Source: Hyphomicrobiales bacterium
GTDB taxonomy: Bacteria; Pseudomonadota; Alphaproteobacteria; Rhizobiales; Beijerinckiaceae
Assembly: GCA_017302635.1 (NCBI GenBank)
Contig: JAFLCX010000002.1
Coordinates: 1,129,979-1,193,978 of the forward strand
Length of the DNA stretch: 64,000 nucleotides
Direction of reading: 5' to 3'
Position numbers and translations under genes: made by a program
Shown: piece after piece, positions 18,580 to 29,072 of the stretch
How positions within the stretch are numbered: the stretch's first letter is position 1
How the letters are laid out: the number at the start of each line of letters is the position of its first letter
Notes under the pieces: model-generated
Told to the model about the DNA's origin: nothing
Database searches by the model: none
What the model saw: the letters and a program-made list of their open reading frames with translations, nothing else

Positions 18580-19944
18580 ATGTCGAGCGACATTCTCATT
18601 GTCGATGATGAAGCCGATATCCGCGAATTGGTCGCCGGTATCCTCGATGACGAGGGCTACCGCACGCGCACTGCGCGCTCTTCCGATGATGCTTTGGCGC
18701 AGATCGAGCAGCGTCGCCCGCATCTCATTTTCCTTGATATCTGGTTGCAGGGCAGCCGCCTCGACGGGTTGCAGCTGCTTGAAGCCATCAAGGAGCTGCA
18801 CCCCGAAATCCCGATCGTCATGATCTCGGGCCACGGCAACATCGAAACCGCCGTCGCAGCGATCAAGAAAGGGGCCTACGACTTCATCGAGAAGCCCTTC
18901 AAGGCCGATCGCCTCGTGCTCGTCGCCGAACGCGCGTTGGAGGCGCAGGCCCTCAAGCGTGAGATTCGCGATCTCAAGGCACGTTCCGGCGAGCCGGACC
19001 GCATGATCGGGCAGGCGGGCGCGCTCTCTCAATTGCGCCAGCAGATCGAGCGCGTGGCACCCACCAACGCCCGAATCCTAATCGCCGGCCCTTCGGGCTC
19101 GGGCAAGGAGCTGACCGCGCGCACCATCCATGCGCTCTCGGCGCGCGCCAACGGTCCCTTCGTTGTGATCAATGCGGCGGCCATCACGCCCGAGCGGATG
19201 GAAGAGGCGTTGTTCGGCATCGAGGCGCTGAAGGGCAAATCGCGGCGCATGGGCGCGCTGGAAGAAGCGCATGGCGGGGTGCTCTTCATCGATGAAGTGG
19301 CGGATATGCCGCGAGAAACGCAGGGGAAAATCCTGCGCGTGCTGGTCGACCAGAATTTCCAGCGCGTCGGCGGCTCGACGCGGGTCGCGGTCGATGTGCG
19401 GATCATCGCATCCACCGCGCGCGACCTTCCGGCCGAGATCGCGGCCGGCAATTTTCGGGAAGACCTTTATCACCGCCTGAACGTTGTGCCGATCCGCGTG
19501 CCGGCTCTTGCCGAACGGCGTGAGGATATTCCGATGCTGATCGAGCATTTCATGCAGCAGATTGCGCTGTCATCCGGATTGCCAAAGCGCACCATCGCGC
19601 CGGATGCCATGGCCGTGCTGCAAACCCATGATTGGCCCGGCAACGTGCGCCAGTTGCGAAACAACGTGGAGCGGCTCATGATCCTCGCGGCCGGGGACCC
19701 CAATCAGGAGGTGACGGCCAGCATGCTACCTCAGGATGTGGGCGCTTCGCTGCCGCCCATGCCGAATGGAGCCGGGGCCGAGAAGCTTCTGGCGCTCGCC
19801 TTGCGCGAAGCCCGCGAAATATTCGAACGCGAATATCTGATTGCGCAGATCAATCGTTTCGGAGGCAATATTTCGCGAACCGCCGAATTCGTTGGCATGG
19901 AACGCTCGGCATTGCATCGAAAATTGAAATCTCTTGGCGTTTGA
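18580..19944 (+). CDS. ntrX: Response regulator NtrX
   Basis: 454 aa. Receiver, AAA+ Walker A GPSGSGKE, no GAFTGA loop (as in NtrX), C-terminal HTH. Confidence 0.88.
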   Translation: MSSDILIVDDEADIRELVAGILDDEGYRTRTARSSDDALAQIEQRRPHLIFLDIWLQGSRLDGLQLLEAIKELHPEIPIVMISGHGNIETAVAAIKKGAYDFIEKPFKADRLVLVAERALEAQALKREIRDLKARSGEPDRMIGQAGALSQLRQQIERVAPTNARILIAGPSGSGKELTARTIHALSARANGPFVVINAAAITPERMEEALFGIEALKGKSRRMGALEEAHGGVLFIDEVADMPRETQGKILRVLVDQNFQRVGGSTRVAVDVRIIASTARDLPAEIAAGNFREDLYHRLNVVPIRVPALAERREDIPMLIEHFMQQIALSSGLPKRTIAPDAMAVLQTHDWPGNVRQLRNNVERLMILAAGDPNQEVTASMLPQDVGASLPPMPNGAGAEKLLALALREAREIFEREYLIAQINRFGGNISRTAEFVGMERSALHRKLKSLGV

Positions 19945-19947
19945 ACG

Positions 19948-19968
19948 CTTTAGAATAATTTTCTAAAG
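19948..19968. promoter_or_regulatory. AT-rich perfect palindrome in the ntrX-hfq spacer (candidate operator)
   Basis: CTTTAGAA-TAATT-TTCTAAAG, 8-bp perfect arms, starting 4 nt after the ntrX stop. No U-tract follows. Confidence 0.3.
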
Positions 19969-20112
19969 TATCGCCGCGATGCAGCATATCCCTTGCTTCC
20001 CGTGGCCCGCCTACCTATGATCCGGCCATCGCCACGAAGAGGGCCCCGCGACTGGGTGTGGGCTCCGGTTCCTCTGGGGAGAGCGGGAACGCGGCGCAAC
20101 GAGGTTTAAGAA

Positions 20113-20355
20113 ATGGCGACAGAACGCACATTGAGCCTGCAAGATAATTTTCTCAATCATGTCCGGAAGAACAAGGTTGCGGTGACAATTTTCCTCGTGA
20201 ACGGCGTGAAATTGCAAGGCGCGGTCACCTGGTTTGATAACTTCTGTGTTCTGTTGAAACGCGACGGCGTTTCACAGCTGGTCTACAAGCATGCGATTTC
20301 GACCATCATGCCCGTGACCCCGATCCACCTCCCCGGTGCGAATGACGAGGATTGA
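20113..20355 (+). CDS. hfq: RNA chaperone Hfq
   Basis: 80 aa, Sm1/Sm2 motifs ([35 protein letters not shown]). Confidence 0.97.
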   Translation: MATERTLSLQDNFLNHVRKNKVAVTIFLVNGVKLQGAVTWFDNFCVLLKRDGVSQLVYKHAISTIMPVTPIHLPGANDED

Positions 20356-21836
20356 AGCTCCGGCCCGGCAGGGTGCCGGTTCTGCTTCCGGCCATCCGGG
20401 TCAGGAATAGCGTCGTGGCACGCACCCCTGAAACCGACGCGACCGAGCCGCAACCGGGCTCTGCGGGGCGAATCCGTGTGTCCAAGGGCAAAGCCGTGTT
20501 CGAGCCCGAAAAGGCGATCGCCAATGCCACGCGCACGCTGGTCATTGGACCTTATGCCACGCAAGGCGCTGTGAGCGCTTTGGCTTCGCGCGCGCCCCAG
20601 GCACGGCTCGAAGAAGCTGTGGGTCTGACGCAGGCGATCGATCTTTCGATTGTCGGCGCGGATATCGTGCCTCTCCGGATGCTGCGCCCCTCGACCTATA
20701 TCGGTGGCGGCAAGGTGGAGGAGATCGCGCAGCGTGTGGCCGCCGAGGAGATCGGCCTCGTGATGATGGATTGTGCGCTCTCGCCGGTCCAGCAGCGCAA
20801 TCTTGAACAGGCGTTCAAGGCCAAGGTGATTGATCGCACCGGGCTGATTCTCGAGATTTTCGGGCGGCGCGCATCCACCAAGGAAGGGCGGTTGCAGGTC
20901 GAACTCGCGCATCTCGCCTATCAGAAGTCCCGCCTTGTCCGCTCATGGACCCATCTCGAGCGCCAGCGCGGCGGCTTCGGCTTTCTGGGTGGCCCCGGTG
21001 AAACCCAGATCGAAACCGACCGTCGCCTCATTCAGGAGAGGATGAGCCGCATCGAGCGCGATCTGGAGGAAGTGAAGCGCACACGCGGTCTGCATCGCAA
21101 GAGCCGCGACAAGGTGCCTTACCCCACAATTGCGCTGGTGGGCTATACGAATGCCGGAAAATCCAGCTTGTTCAATCGCTTGACGCGTGCCGAAGTGCTG
21201 GCGAAAGACATGCTCTTCGCGACCCTCGACCCGACAACCCGCGCCATCGAGCTGCCGCACGGGCTCAAGATCGTGCTTTCCGATACGGTCGGCTTCATCT
21301 CGGATCTGCCGACGCAACTGGTTGCAGCCTTCCGCGCGACGCTTGAGGATGTGATCCAGGCCCGCGTCATCCTGCATGTTCGCGATATCGCGAATCCGGA
21401 TACCGATGCGCAGGATGAGGATGTGCGTCAGGTTCTCGCCGATCTTGGTCTTGGTGCGACGGGCGAGGCACGCATCATCGAGGTTTGGAACAAGGCCGAT
21501 CTGCTCACGCCGCAGGAGCGTTCACGGCTCGCCGAAATCAGCCAGAGGCGGCAGGCTGGCCAGGCTGCACGGGCACCCATCCTCGTTTCGGCGATCACCG
21601 GGGAAGGCGTCGAAACCCTTCTCGCGGCTATCGAGAACCGCCTCGCGGAAGAGCGGGAATTGCTCGCCATCACGGTCAAAGCTGACGACGGCGAGGGACT
21701 GGCCTGGCTTTATCGCGAGGCGGAAGTGCTTTCTCGCCGCGAACGCAAGGATGGCAGCCTTCAGTTGGAATTGCGCGCCAATCCAGAGGTGATCGGGCGA
21801 ATCCGACAACGGTTTGGTCCGCCAAGGCGCAGCTAG
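20352..21836 (+). CDS. hflX: GTPase HflX
   Basis: G1 [13 protein letters not shown]3 DTVGF, G4 NKAD. TTG 20352 overlaps the hfq stop (TTGA); GTG 20415 is an alternative start. Confidence 0.9.
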   Translation: MKLRPGRVPVLLPAIRVRNSVVARTPETDATEPQPGSAGRIRVSKGKAVFEPEKAIANATRTLVIGPYATQGAVSALASRAPQARLEEAVGLTQAIDLSIVGADIVPLRMLRPSTYIGGGKVEEIAQRVAAEEIGLVMMDCALSPVQQRNLEQAFKAKVIDRTGLILEIFGRRASTKEGRLQVELAHLAYQKSRLVRSWTHLERQRGGFGFLGGPGETQIETDRRLIQERMSRIERDLEEVKRTRGLHRKSRDKVPYPTIALVGYTNAGKSSLFNRLTRAEVLAKDMLFATLDPTTRAIELPHGLKIVLSDTVGFISDLPTQLVAAFRATLEDVIQARVILHVRDIANPDTDAQDEDVRQVLADLGLGATGEARIIEVWNKADLLTPQERSRLAEISQRRQAGQAARAPILVSAITGEGVETLLAAIENRLAEERELLAITVKADDGEGLAWLYREAEVLSRRERKDGSLQLELRANPEVIGRIRQRFGPPRRS

Positions 21837-21842
21837 GCACCG

Positions 21843-22700
21843 CTATTCCGCCGATTTCGCGGCAACCCAAAGCGCCTCCATTTCCTCCAAGGTGGCGTCG
21901 GCCATTGTGCGGTTCTGTGCCGCCAAAGCGACCTCAATGGCGCGAAAGCGCCGCTGGAATTTTGCGTTGGCGCTGACCAACGCCTTTTCCGGATCGACTT
22001 TCGCATGCCGCGCGAGATTGGCCATTGCAAAGAGAAGATCACCGATTTCCTCTTCGATCTCAGCTTTTTGCCCTGCTGAAAGGGCTTCCCGCACCTCGCG
22101 GGCTTCCTCCTCGATTTTGTCGAGCACGAGCCGGGCATCATTCCAGTCGAAGCCGACCGTCGAGGCCGCCTGCTGCAGTTTCACGGCGCGCTGAAACGCG
22201 GGCAGGGCGGTCTTCACCCCTCCGAGCAACCCTTGCGGCGTATCATCCGGCAAGCCGGCGGCTTGCCGCGCGGCCGCGCGCACGGCTTTCTCGCGCTGCT
22301 TGATCGCATCCCAGAGATGCTTCACCGCGCCGGGATTTTCCGCCTCGCGATCGCCGAACACATGCGGATGCCGGCGGATCAGCTTGGCGCTGATCGCTTC
22401 GACGACATCGGCGAAAGTAAAATGCCCTTCCTCCTCGGCCATGCGGGCGTGGTAGACGACCTGAAGCAGCAGATCGCCCAGTTCATCCTTGAGATCGACC
22501 ATATCCCCGCGCTGGATCGCATCCGCGACCTCGTAGGCCTCTTCGATCGTGAAGGGCGCGATGGTCGAGAAATTCTGCTCGATGTCCCACGGACATCCGG
22601 TTTCAGGCTGGCGCAAGGCCGCCATGATCGCGATCAGGCGCTCAAGACCGTCGCGGGGCAAGGCGGCGAGGGCAGGGCCGGCGGGTGTCTCGTCCATCAC
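21843..22700 (-). CDS. mazG: Nucleoside triphosphate pyrophosphohydrolase MazG
   Basis: 285 aa, tandem MazG domains (EEAYEVADAI, EEIGDLLFA). Confidence 0.9.
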   Translation of the reverse strand: MMDETPAGPALAALPRDGLERLIAIMAALRQPETGCPWDIEQNFSTIAPFTIEEAYEVADAIQRGDMVDLKDELGDLLLQVVYHARMAEEEGHFTFADVVEAISAKLIRRHPHVFGDREAENPGAVKHLWDAIKQREKAVRAAARQAAGLPDDTPQGLLGGVKTALPAFQRAVKLQQAASTVGFDWNDARLVLDKIEEEAREVREALSAGQKAEIEEEIGDLLFAMANLARHAKVDPEKALVSANAKFQRRFRAIEVALAAQNRTMADATLEEMEALWVAAKSAE

Positions 22701-22703
22701 ACC

Positions 22704-23891
22704 TCACCAAGCTGCGCGGTAGATCGCCAGTGCATCAGCCTCGCTCACAGAGCGCGGATTGTTCACGAGCAGGCGCGTCTGCTTTATGGCATCGCGGGCG
22801 AGCATGGGAAGGTCTTCCGCCGCGATCCCGACATCACGCAGGCGCTGCGGGAGTTTCAGCTCTGCCGACAGCTTCTGAAGTGCATCGGCAAAGGCGGCAC
22901 TGCGTTCGGGCGGGGGGAGGCGGCTGAGGTTCGGGACGGCATCGCTGGCGATCTCGGCATAAAGCTGCGGGGACTGAGCGATGTTGAACCTCAGCACATG
23001 CGGCAGGACGAGCGCATTCGAAACCCCGTGCGGCACATGAAAATGTGCGCCAATCGGGTAAGCGAGTGCATGCACCGCAGCCACCGGAGAATTCGCGAAA
23101 GCCTGCCCGGCGAGCATGGCACCGATCAGCATGTTCTCGCGCGCTGCAAGCTGCCTGCCGTCCTGACAGGCGGTGCGGATCGATCCGCCGAGCAGGCGCA
23201 GGGCCTCGCGCGCCAGATTGCGCGAGATCGGGTTGTTGTTGGGCGAGGCCGACGCATAGGCCTCGATTGCGTGGACCATCGCATCGATTCCGGTGGCGGC
23301 GGTGGCGGCAGGCGGCAGGCCAAGGGTCAATTCCGCATCGAGGATCGCCATATCCGGCAGGAGCAGGGGGCTGACAATGCCCTTCTTCTCGGTCTCGCCC
23401 GTGGTCAGGATCGCGATCGGCGTCACTTCCGATCCCGTCCCCGCTGTGGTCGGAATCAGAACAAGGGGCAATCGCGGCCCCCGGGCATTGCCGACACCAT
23501 AGGCATCGGAAAGGCGCTCGCCAGACCCTGCAACGAGCGCGACCGCCTTGGCGACATCCATGGGTGAGCCACCACCAAAGCCAAGAATACCGGTGGCGCG
23601 ATGTGCACGAACGGCCTCCAATGCCGCCTCAACCTCGGCTTCCGGCGGATCGGCTGAGACGGAGTCGAAGATGTTCGTCTCGATGCTCTGGGCGGTCATT
23701 CCGCCGAGGACGGGGTCGAGCAGTCCGCTTTGGCGAAGGCCCGGATCGGTCACAACAATGATTCGTGCTCCCAGGATCGCACGCAAGCGGTCAGAGCTGA
23801 CTCGGCTGGCCCCAACGCCAATCAGCAAGGCGGGCGTGGTGTTGAAGCTGAACGTGGCCGCCATCATCATCCTCCCGCAAGGAACGGACAA
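22704..23891 (-). CDS. Iron-containing (class III) alcohol dehydrogenase family protein
   Basis: GGGSPMDVAK and the metal site HALAYPIGAHFHVPHG. The real start is probably one of the ATGs at 23864-23870 (MMMAATFSF). Confidence 0.85.
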   Translation of the reverse strand: MSVPCGRMMMAATFSFNTTPALLIGVGASRVSSDRLRAILGARIIVVTDPGLRQSGLLDPVLGGMTAQSIETNIFDSVSADPPEAEVEAALEAVRAHRATGILGFGGGSPMDVAKAVALVAGSGERLSDAYGVGNARGPRLPLVLIPTTAGTGSEVTPIAILTTGETEKKGIVSPLLLPDMAILDAELTLGLPPAATAATGIDAMVHAIEAYASASPNNNPISRNLAREALRLLGGSIRTACQDGRQLAARENMLIGAMLAGQAFANSPVAAVHALAYPIGAHFHVPHGVSNALVLPHVLRFNIAQSPQLYAEIASDAVPNLSRLPPPERSAAFADALQKLSAELKLPQRLRDVGIAAEDLPMLARDAIKQTRLLVNNPRSVSEADALAIYRAAW

Positions 23892-24105
23892 TCACGATAG
23901 GCCCGCAGGATCGAGGCGAGAAGAGGGAGAGGCAAAGAAGGCGGTTGATGGCTTGCACGGAGTGGACGGAATCCCAAGGTCCGCAATTGGCATCAATGAT
24001 TCGCATAAGACATATTATGGAACTAATTGGTGCAAAGAAAAACAGGTCTGATGGTCGGCGCAGTTGAAAAAACCGAGCCCGCATTGTTTCACTATTCTCA
24101 TAATA

Positions 24106-24924
24106 TCAGTATGTTACACGGACTTCGTGATCTTCGGTCACAACCATGCCGTCATAGGCTGGCACGATATGCGCTGCCGTCTCGCGCATCAGGCGTTGAT
24201 AATCGAGATCGGTATGGAGATTGGTCAGAACGGCCTTTTCCGGTGCCATACGCTCGACCCAATCCAGAGCCTCGGAGAGCGAGAAATGCGATGGATGCGG
24301 CGTATCGCGCAAGGCGTCGATGATCCAGCACCCCAGGCCTTCGAGATGCTTGCAACTTGCTTCAGGGATAGCGCTGACATCAGGCATGTAGGCAATCCGC
24401 CCGACCCGGAAGCCAAGGCATGGCAGGCTGCCATGATCCACCGGAATCGGAATCAGCGTGACCGGGCCGCCGGCGCCATCGATAACCAGCGGTTGATCCG
24501 GATCGAAAAGGTGCCCGGTCAGGATCGGCGGATATTCGCTGCCCACCGGAGTTGAAAAGCAATAGCCGAACCGCGCCTGCAACAGTTCCATCGTGCGCGC
24601 ATCGGCAAAAACCGGCACGCGCTTGCGGTTGGCGATGAAAATCGGGCGAAGATCATCAATGCCATGCGTATGGTCGGCATGCTCGTGCGTGAAGACGACC
24701 GCATCAAGATGCGTGATGCCGGCATCAATGAGCTGTTCGCGCAGATCCGGCGAGGTATCAATCAGCACCTGTGTGCGGCCGGCCGCGCCCACGCGCTCGA
24801 CAAGAACGGAGCAGCGGCGGCGGCGGTTTCGCGGCTCGGTCGGGTCGCATTTGCCCCAGCCCTGCGCCACACGCGGCACACCGCCCGATGAGCCGCAGCC
24901 AAGAATGGTGACCTGCAAAGTCAT
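24106..24924 (-). CDS. MBL-fold metallo-hydrolase (PhnP-like)
   Basis: 272 aa, HxHxDH motif (FTHEHADHTHG). 4-nt overlap with tatD. Confidence 0.8.
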   Translation of the reverse strand: MTLQVTILGCGSSGGVPRVAQGWGKCDPTEPRNRRRRCSVLVERVGAAGRTQVLIDTSPDLREQLIDAGITHLDAVVFTHEHADHTHGIDDLRPIFIANRKRVPVFADARTMELLQARFGYCFSTPVGSEYPPILTGHLFDPDQPLVIDGAGGPVTLIPIPVDHGSLPCLGFRVGRIAYMPDVSAIPEASCKHLEGLGCWIIDALRDTPHPSHFSLSEALDWVERMAPEKAVLTNLHTDLDYQRLMRETAAHIVPAYDGMVVTEDHEVRVTY

Positions 24925-25727
24925 GCCGCCTTCGCCGCCGAATGAGGGATTCTGGAGAAAATCCGGTGGGTATTTGCTTCGAGAACGGGCGCGAGTGTCG
25001 CGATATCCATTCCCTTGACGTCAGCCAGCACTTTGGCCGTGTGCACCGTGAATGCCGGCTCGTTCGTCTTGCCGCGATGCGGCATCGGCGCGAGATAGGG
25101 TGCGTCGGTTTCCACCAACAACCGATCAAGCGGCACCTCAGCGGCGATGTCGCGGATATCCTGCGAGTTCTTGAAGGTCAGAATTCCGGAGAAGGAGACA
25201 TAGAGCCCCAGTTCCACGCCAACCCGCGCCAGTTCTGCGCCTGACGAAAAACAATGGAGAATGGCTTTAAAGGCCCCCTTCCCCATCTCATCCTCCAAAA
25301 TCGAAATCATGTCGGCATCCGCCGCGCGGGCGTGGATAACGAGCGGCAGGCCGGTGATACGCGCCGCCACGATTTGCAGCCGGAACGAGGTCGCCTGCAT
25401 GTCGCGCGGGGATTTATCGTAATGGTAATCGAGCCCCGCTTCCCCAATCGCCACGCATTTCGCGTGCTCGCTCAGCCGAAGGATGTCGTCGAGCGTGATA
25501 TCGGGTTCTTCGGCAGCGTTGTGCGGGTGCGTTCCGACGGAAAAGAACACGTTCTCGAAGCGCTCGGCAATGTCCCGATAGATTGCCGCTTTTTTCACGC
25601 GGGTGGAGATTGTCACCATCCGGTGCACACCCGCGGCACGGGCGCGCGCGATCACGCCAGCGAGATCATCGGCGAAATCGGGGAAATCGAGATGGCAATG
25701 TGTGTCGGTGATGAGGGGCAGGGTCAT
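24921..25727 (-). CDS. tatD: TatD-family metal-dependent hydrolase
   Basis: 268 aa, N-terminal TDTHCHLD metal motif. Directly abuts the metG stop. Confidence 0.9.
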   Translation of the reverse strand: MTLPLITDTHCHLDFPDFADDLAGVIARARAAGVHRMVTISTRVKKAAIYRDIAERFENVFFSVGTHPHNAAEEPDITLDDILRLSEHAKCVAIGEAGLDYHYDKSPRDMQATSFRLQIVAARITGLPLVIHARAADADMISILEDEMGKGAFKAILHCFSSGAELARVGVELGLYVSFSGILTFKNSQDIRDIAAEVPLDRLLVETDAPYLAPMPHRGKTNEPAFTVHTAKVLADVKGMDIATLAPVLEANTHRIFSRIPHSAAKAA

Positions 25728-27290
25728 TCAATCCCCCTGCCCGGCTTCCGGCTCGACATAGCGCGGGAAAAGCCCTTTCGGCTCGGGCAGGGCGGTTCCT
25801 GAAATCAGCGCATGGGTGGCGCTGACCGCCGCGAAATCGCGTCTCGCAGCCGGCACAGCGAGCATATCAAGCAATTTCGCGCCCGATTCCGGCATCACGG
25901 GCTGGATGAGAAGGCCGATCACGCGCAACACCTCGGCTGTCGTCCAGAGCACGGTTTCCATGCGCGCCGGGTCAGTCTTCTTCAGGGCCCACGGCGCCTG
26001 GGCGGCGAAGTAGCGATTGGTCTCCGCCACCACGCGCCAGATCGCGTTGAGCGCGAGATGGATCTGAAAATCCGCCATCGCCGTGCGGCACTCGCCGATC
26101 AACCCATAGGCTTGCGTCAGAATGGCCTCGTCCTCCGGCGAGAGGGGCCCGCGCGTCGGCACCTGTCCCGCGCAGTTCTTATTGACCATCGACAGCGAAC
26201 GTTGGGCCAGATTGCCCAGATCATTGGCGAGATCGGCATTGAGCCGCCCGACAATCGCCTCGTGCGAATAGCTGCCATCCTGCCCGAATGGCACTTCGCG
26301 CAGGAAGAAATACCGCAACGGGTCGCGCCCATATTGCTGAGCCATTTCAACTGGATCGAGCACATTTCCGAGCGATTTTGACATTTTCTCGCCGCGATTG
26401 GTGAGAAAGCCGTGCCCGAAAACGCGTTGCGGCAGCGGGATACCCGCGCTCATCAGCAAGGCAGGCCAGATCACGGCGTGGAAGCGCACGATATCCTTTC
26501 CGATGATATGCACGCTCGCCGGCCAGTATTTCCAGCGCGGATCGGACTCGTCGGGATAGCCGCAGGCGGTGATGTAATTCGTCAGGGCATCCACCCAGAC
26601 ATACATCACATGGCGCGGGTCGCCCGGAACCGGCACTCCCCATGAGAACGTGTCGCGGCTGATCGAGAGGTCTTTGAGCCCGCCGGAAACAAAACTCACC
26701 ACCTCATTGCGCCGCGTCTCCGGCCCGATGAAATCGGGTCGGGAGCGGTAGAGTTCGAGCAGCCGGTCCTGATATTTCGAGAGGCGGAAGAAATAGCTGT
26801 CAACTTCCGACCATTCCACCGGTGCACCGGAGGGCGCGAATTTCCGCCCCCCCTCACCGCTGGTCAGTTCGCTTTCGTCGAAATAGGCCTCGTCGCGCAC
26901 CGAATACCAACCGGAATGCTTGGCGAGGTAGATGTCTCCGGCCGCTTGCATGCCGGCCCAGATGGCTTGGCTTGCCTTGTAATGGCGTTCTTCGGTGGTG
27001 CGGATGAAATCATCATTTGAGGCACCCAGCGCCGTGCCCATGTCGCGGAAGGCTTGCGCGTTGCGATCGGCGAGATCGCGCACCGGCAACCCTTCGCGCT
27101 CGGCGGTCTGGACCATTTTCAGGCCATGCTCGTCGGTCCCGGTGAGGAAAAACACATCCTTGCCGTCAAGCCGCATGAACCGCGCGATCGCATCCGAGGC
27201 AATCAGCTCGTAGGCATGGCCGAGATGCGGCTTGCCATTGGGGTATGAAATGGCGGTTGTGATGTAGAAGCGGTTCGCGGACATGGTCAA
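25728..27290 (-). CDS. metG: Methionine--tRNA ligase
   Basis: 520 aa, class I HIGH-type (PHLGHAYE) and KMSKS motifs. Confidence 0.95.
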   Translation of the reverse strand: MTMSANRFYITTAISYPNGKPHLGHAYELIASDAIARFMRLDGKDVFFLTGTDEHGLKMVQTAEREGLPVRDLADRNAQAFRDMGTALGASNDDFIRTTEERHYKASQAIWAGMQAAGDIYLAKHSGWYSVRDEAYFDESELTSGEGGRKFAPSGAPVEWSEVDSYFFRLSKYQDRLLELYRSRPDFIGPETRRNEVVSFVSGGLKDLSISRDTFSWGVPVPGDPRHVMYVWVDALTNYITACGYPDESDPRWKYWPASVHIIGKDIVRFHAVIWPALLMSAGIPLPQRVFGHGFLTNRGEKMSKSLGNVLDPVEMAQQYGRDPLRYFFLREVPFGQDGSYSHEAIVGRLNADLANDLGNLAQRSLSMVNKNCAGQVPTRGPLSPEDEAILTQAYGLIGECRTAMADFQIHLALNAIWRVVAETNRYFAAQAPWALKKTDPARMETVLWTTAEVLRVIGLLIQPVMPESGAKLLDMLAVPAARRDFAAVSATHALISGTALPEPKGLFPRYVEPEAGQGD

Positions 27291-27337
27291 AACTCGTCGC
27301 AGACAGGGATTCGGGGCGCGCGCCCCTGCCCTCTCTA

Positions 27338-28435
27338 TCAGCGTGCGCCTTGTGAAACCAGCGTCCCGATCTCATCGAAAAGCCGGGTCGCGAAGGCGCG
27401 GCGATCGAGGTTGAGGGCGTCCACGCGTCTGGCCTCGTCAGTCAGTCGCGCCCAAGTCTCCGCGAAGTCTGACAGCAGCGCAACCGGGGACCCGGCCTGC
27501 ATCCGGGCTCGCATCTCACGGTGCAGGAAGCGCTCGGTCTCATCCATCAGGTCGGCCAGGGCCTCGATGCCCTCCGAACCGGCGCGAACGGCATCGGCCA
27601 CGGCATCGACCGCCTTCGCGTTGGGGTTGGGCAGCCCGGAAAAAGCCCGGGCAATGGCAGCCGCGATCTGCGCCGGTCCGCCTTCGCTCCGGCGCAATGC
27701 GCGGCGGATGGAACCCTCGGCCTCCAGTTCCAGTGCCGAGATTTCCGGCACCTTGCGTCCGAACCCTGCAAGCAGCGTCGCGATGACCTGAGGCGAAAGC
27801 GGCTCGAATTCGAGCATCTGACAGCGAGAGCGGATGGTGGGGAGCAACCTTCCGGGCTGGTGGGAAACAAGGAAGAAGATTGCCTTCTCGGGCGGCTCCT
27901 CAAGCGTCTTGAGCAGCGCATTGGCGCTCGCTGTGTTGAGGTCGTCGGCCGCATCGACAATCACGACGCGCCACCCGTCGAAAGCGGCCGTCTTGGTGAA
28001 CAGCTGAAGCGCTTCGCGCGTTTCCTCCACGCTGATTTCCGCGCGGAACCGCTTCGACTTGCTGTCGTAGCGGCGCTTCAGCACCGCGAGATCGGGATGC
28101 GATTCCCGCGCGACCAAGGCTGTCATTCGCGCTTCGGCGGGCACGAAAAGGCTTTCAGGTGGAGGCGGCGCAAACAGCGCGTCTTTCTCGCGCGAGGCCT
28201 CATCGAATAGAAAACGTGCCGCACGATAGGCGAAAGTCGCCTTGCCGATGCCTTCTGGCCCGACAAGGAGAAACGCATGATGCAGTTTCCCCGCCCGATA
28301 AGCTGACAGGAAAGCAGCTTCAGCTGCGTCCTGTCCCAGCAGGCTCAGCATTTCGCGTGGATGCGGAATGCCGGCCAGCCGGTCGCTCTCCGGTGTCTCC
28401 CCGGGCTCGGGTGCAAGGAATTCAACGCTCTCCAT
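27338..28435 (-). CDS. holB: DNA polymerase III subunit delta'
   Basis: ATG 28435 (MESVEF) chosen because the upstream part of the ORF-track ORF overlaps tmk. Clamp-loader motifs [14 protein letters not shown] and TIRSRCQ. Confidence 0.85.
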   Translation of the reverse strand: MESVEFLAPEPGETPESDRLAGIPHPREMLSLLGQDAAEAAFLSAYRAGKLHHAFLLVGPEGIGKATFAYRAARFLFDEASREKDALFAPPPPESLFVPAEARMTALVARESHPDLAVLKRRYDSKSKRFRAEISVEETREALQLFTKTAAFDGWRVVIVDAADDLNTASANALLKTLEEPPEKAIFFLVSHQPGRLLPTIRSRCQMLEFEPLSPQVIATLLAGFGRKVPEISALELEAEGSIRRALRRSEGGPAQIAAAIARAFSGLPNPNAKAVDAVADAVRAGSEGIEALADLMDETERFLHREMRARMQAGSPVALLSDFAETWARLTDEARRVDALNLDRRAFATRLFDEIGTLVSQGAR

Positions 28436-29066
28436 CGCCCTGCCCCGCCATGAACTTGGCCCGTACGACCGAGCGGATCGTTTCTGCGACATGCGCCTCG
28501 TCGCGGCTCGCATCAATATGCACGAAACGCGCCGGCTCCGCCTCCGCAAGTGCAAGAAACCGACGCCGCACCTCGCGATGGAACCCGAGATTCGAGCGCT
28601 CGAACGTGTCCTCGACGCCCGTGAAACGGGAGCGCGCGCGCTCAAGCCCGACTTCGGGCGGCAGATCAAGCAGAAATGTCAGGTCAGGCTTCAGGCCGTC
28701 TGTGCCGAGCGCAATCACCTGTTCGAGTTCCGCCTCCGGCATTTTCGAACCCTGATAGGCGCGCGTGGAATCGGCGAAGCGATCGCAGAGCACGATATGC
28801 CCTGCCGCCAAAGCCGGGCGGATAACCCGCAGCACATGGTCGCGACGCGCCGCGGCGAAAAGCAGCGCCTGGGTCAGGCCATCCTCCGAGGCAGCCTCAT
28901 GCGTCAGGATCAAGCCGCGAATGGCCTCGGCGAGCGGTGTTCCGCCCGGTTCGCGCGTCACCGTGACGCTGAGCCCATAGGACTCGAGCAGCAGCGCGAG
29001 GCGCCGCACCTGAGTGGACTTCCCTGCCCCTTCGCCGCCCTCAAAGGTGATGAAAACGCCACGCAT
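28422..29066 (-). CDS. tmk: Thymidylate kinase
   Basis: 214 aa, P-loop FEGGEGAGKST and DRFADST. Confidence 0.93.
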   Translation of the reverse strand: MRGVFITFEGGEGAGKSTQVRRLALLLESYGLSVTVTREPGGTPLAEAIRGLILTHEAASEDGLTQALLFAAARRDHVLRVIRPALAAGHIVLCDRFADSTRAYQGSKMPEAELEQVIALGTDGLKPDLTFLLDLPPEVGLERARSRFTGVEDTFERSNLGFHREVRRRFLALAEAEPARFVHIDASRDEAHVAETIRSVVRAKFMAGQGDGER

Positions 29067-29072
29067 CGCGCT

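Noticed and set aside
23892-24105. AT-rich 214-nt spacer between the Fe-ADH start and the MBL-hydrolase stop, considered as a possible sRNA or mobile-element remnant
   Set aside because: I found no convincing ORF, repeat, palindrome or terminator. It is most simply the Fe-ADH promoter region.
24493-24506. Near-FNR box TTGAT-CCGG-ATCGA
   Set aside because: It has one mismatch to the consensus and lies inside the MBL-hydrolase coding region, so it is most likely fortuitous.
27338-28669. Long N-terminal extensions in the ORF track (holB; also ccoO 34668, rimO 51177, pdhC 3094, ccoP 35901, ccoS 40948, ridA 50941)
   Set aside because: The extensions overlap the upstream genes and lack family similarity. 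Internal starts that match the known N-termini were used instead.
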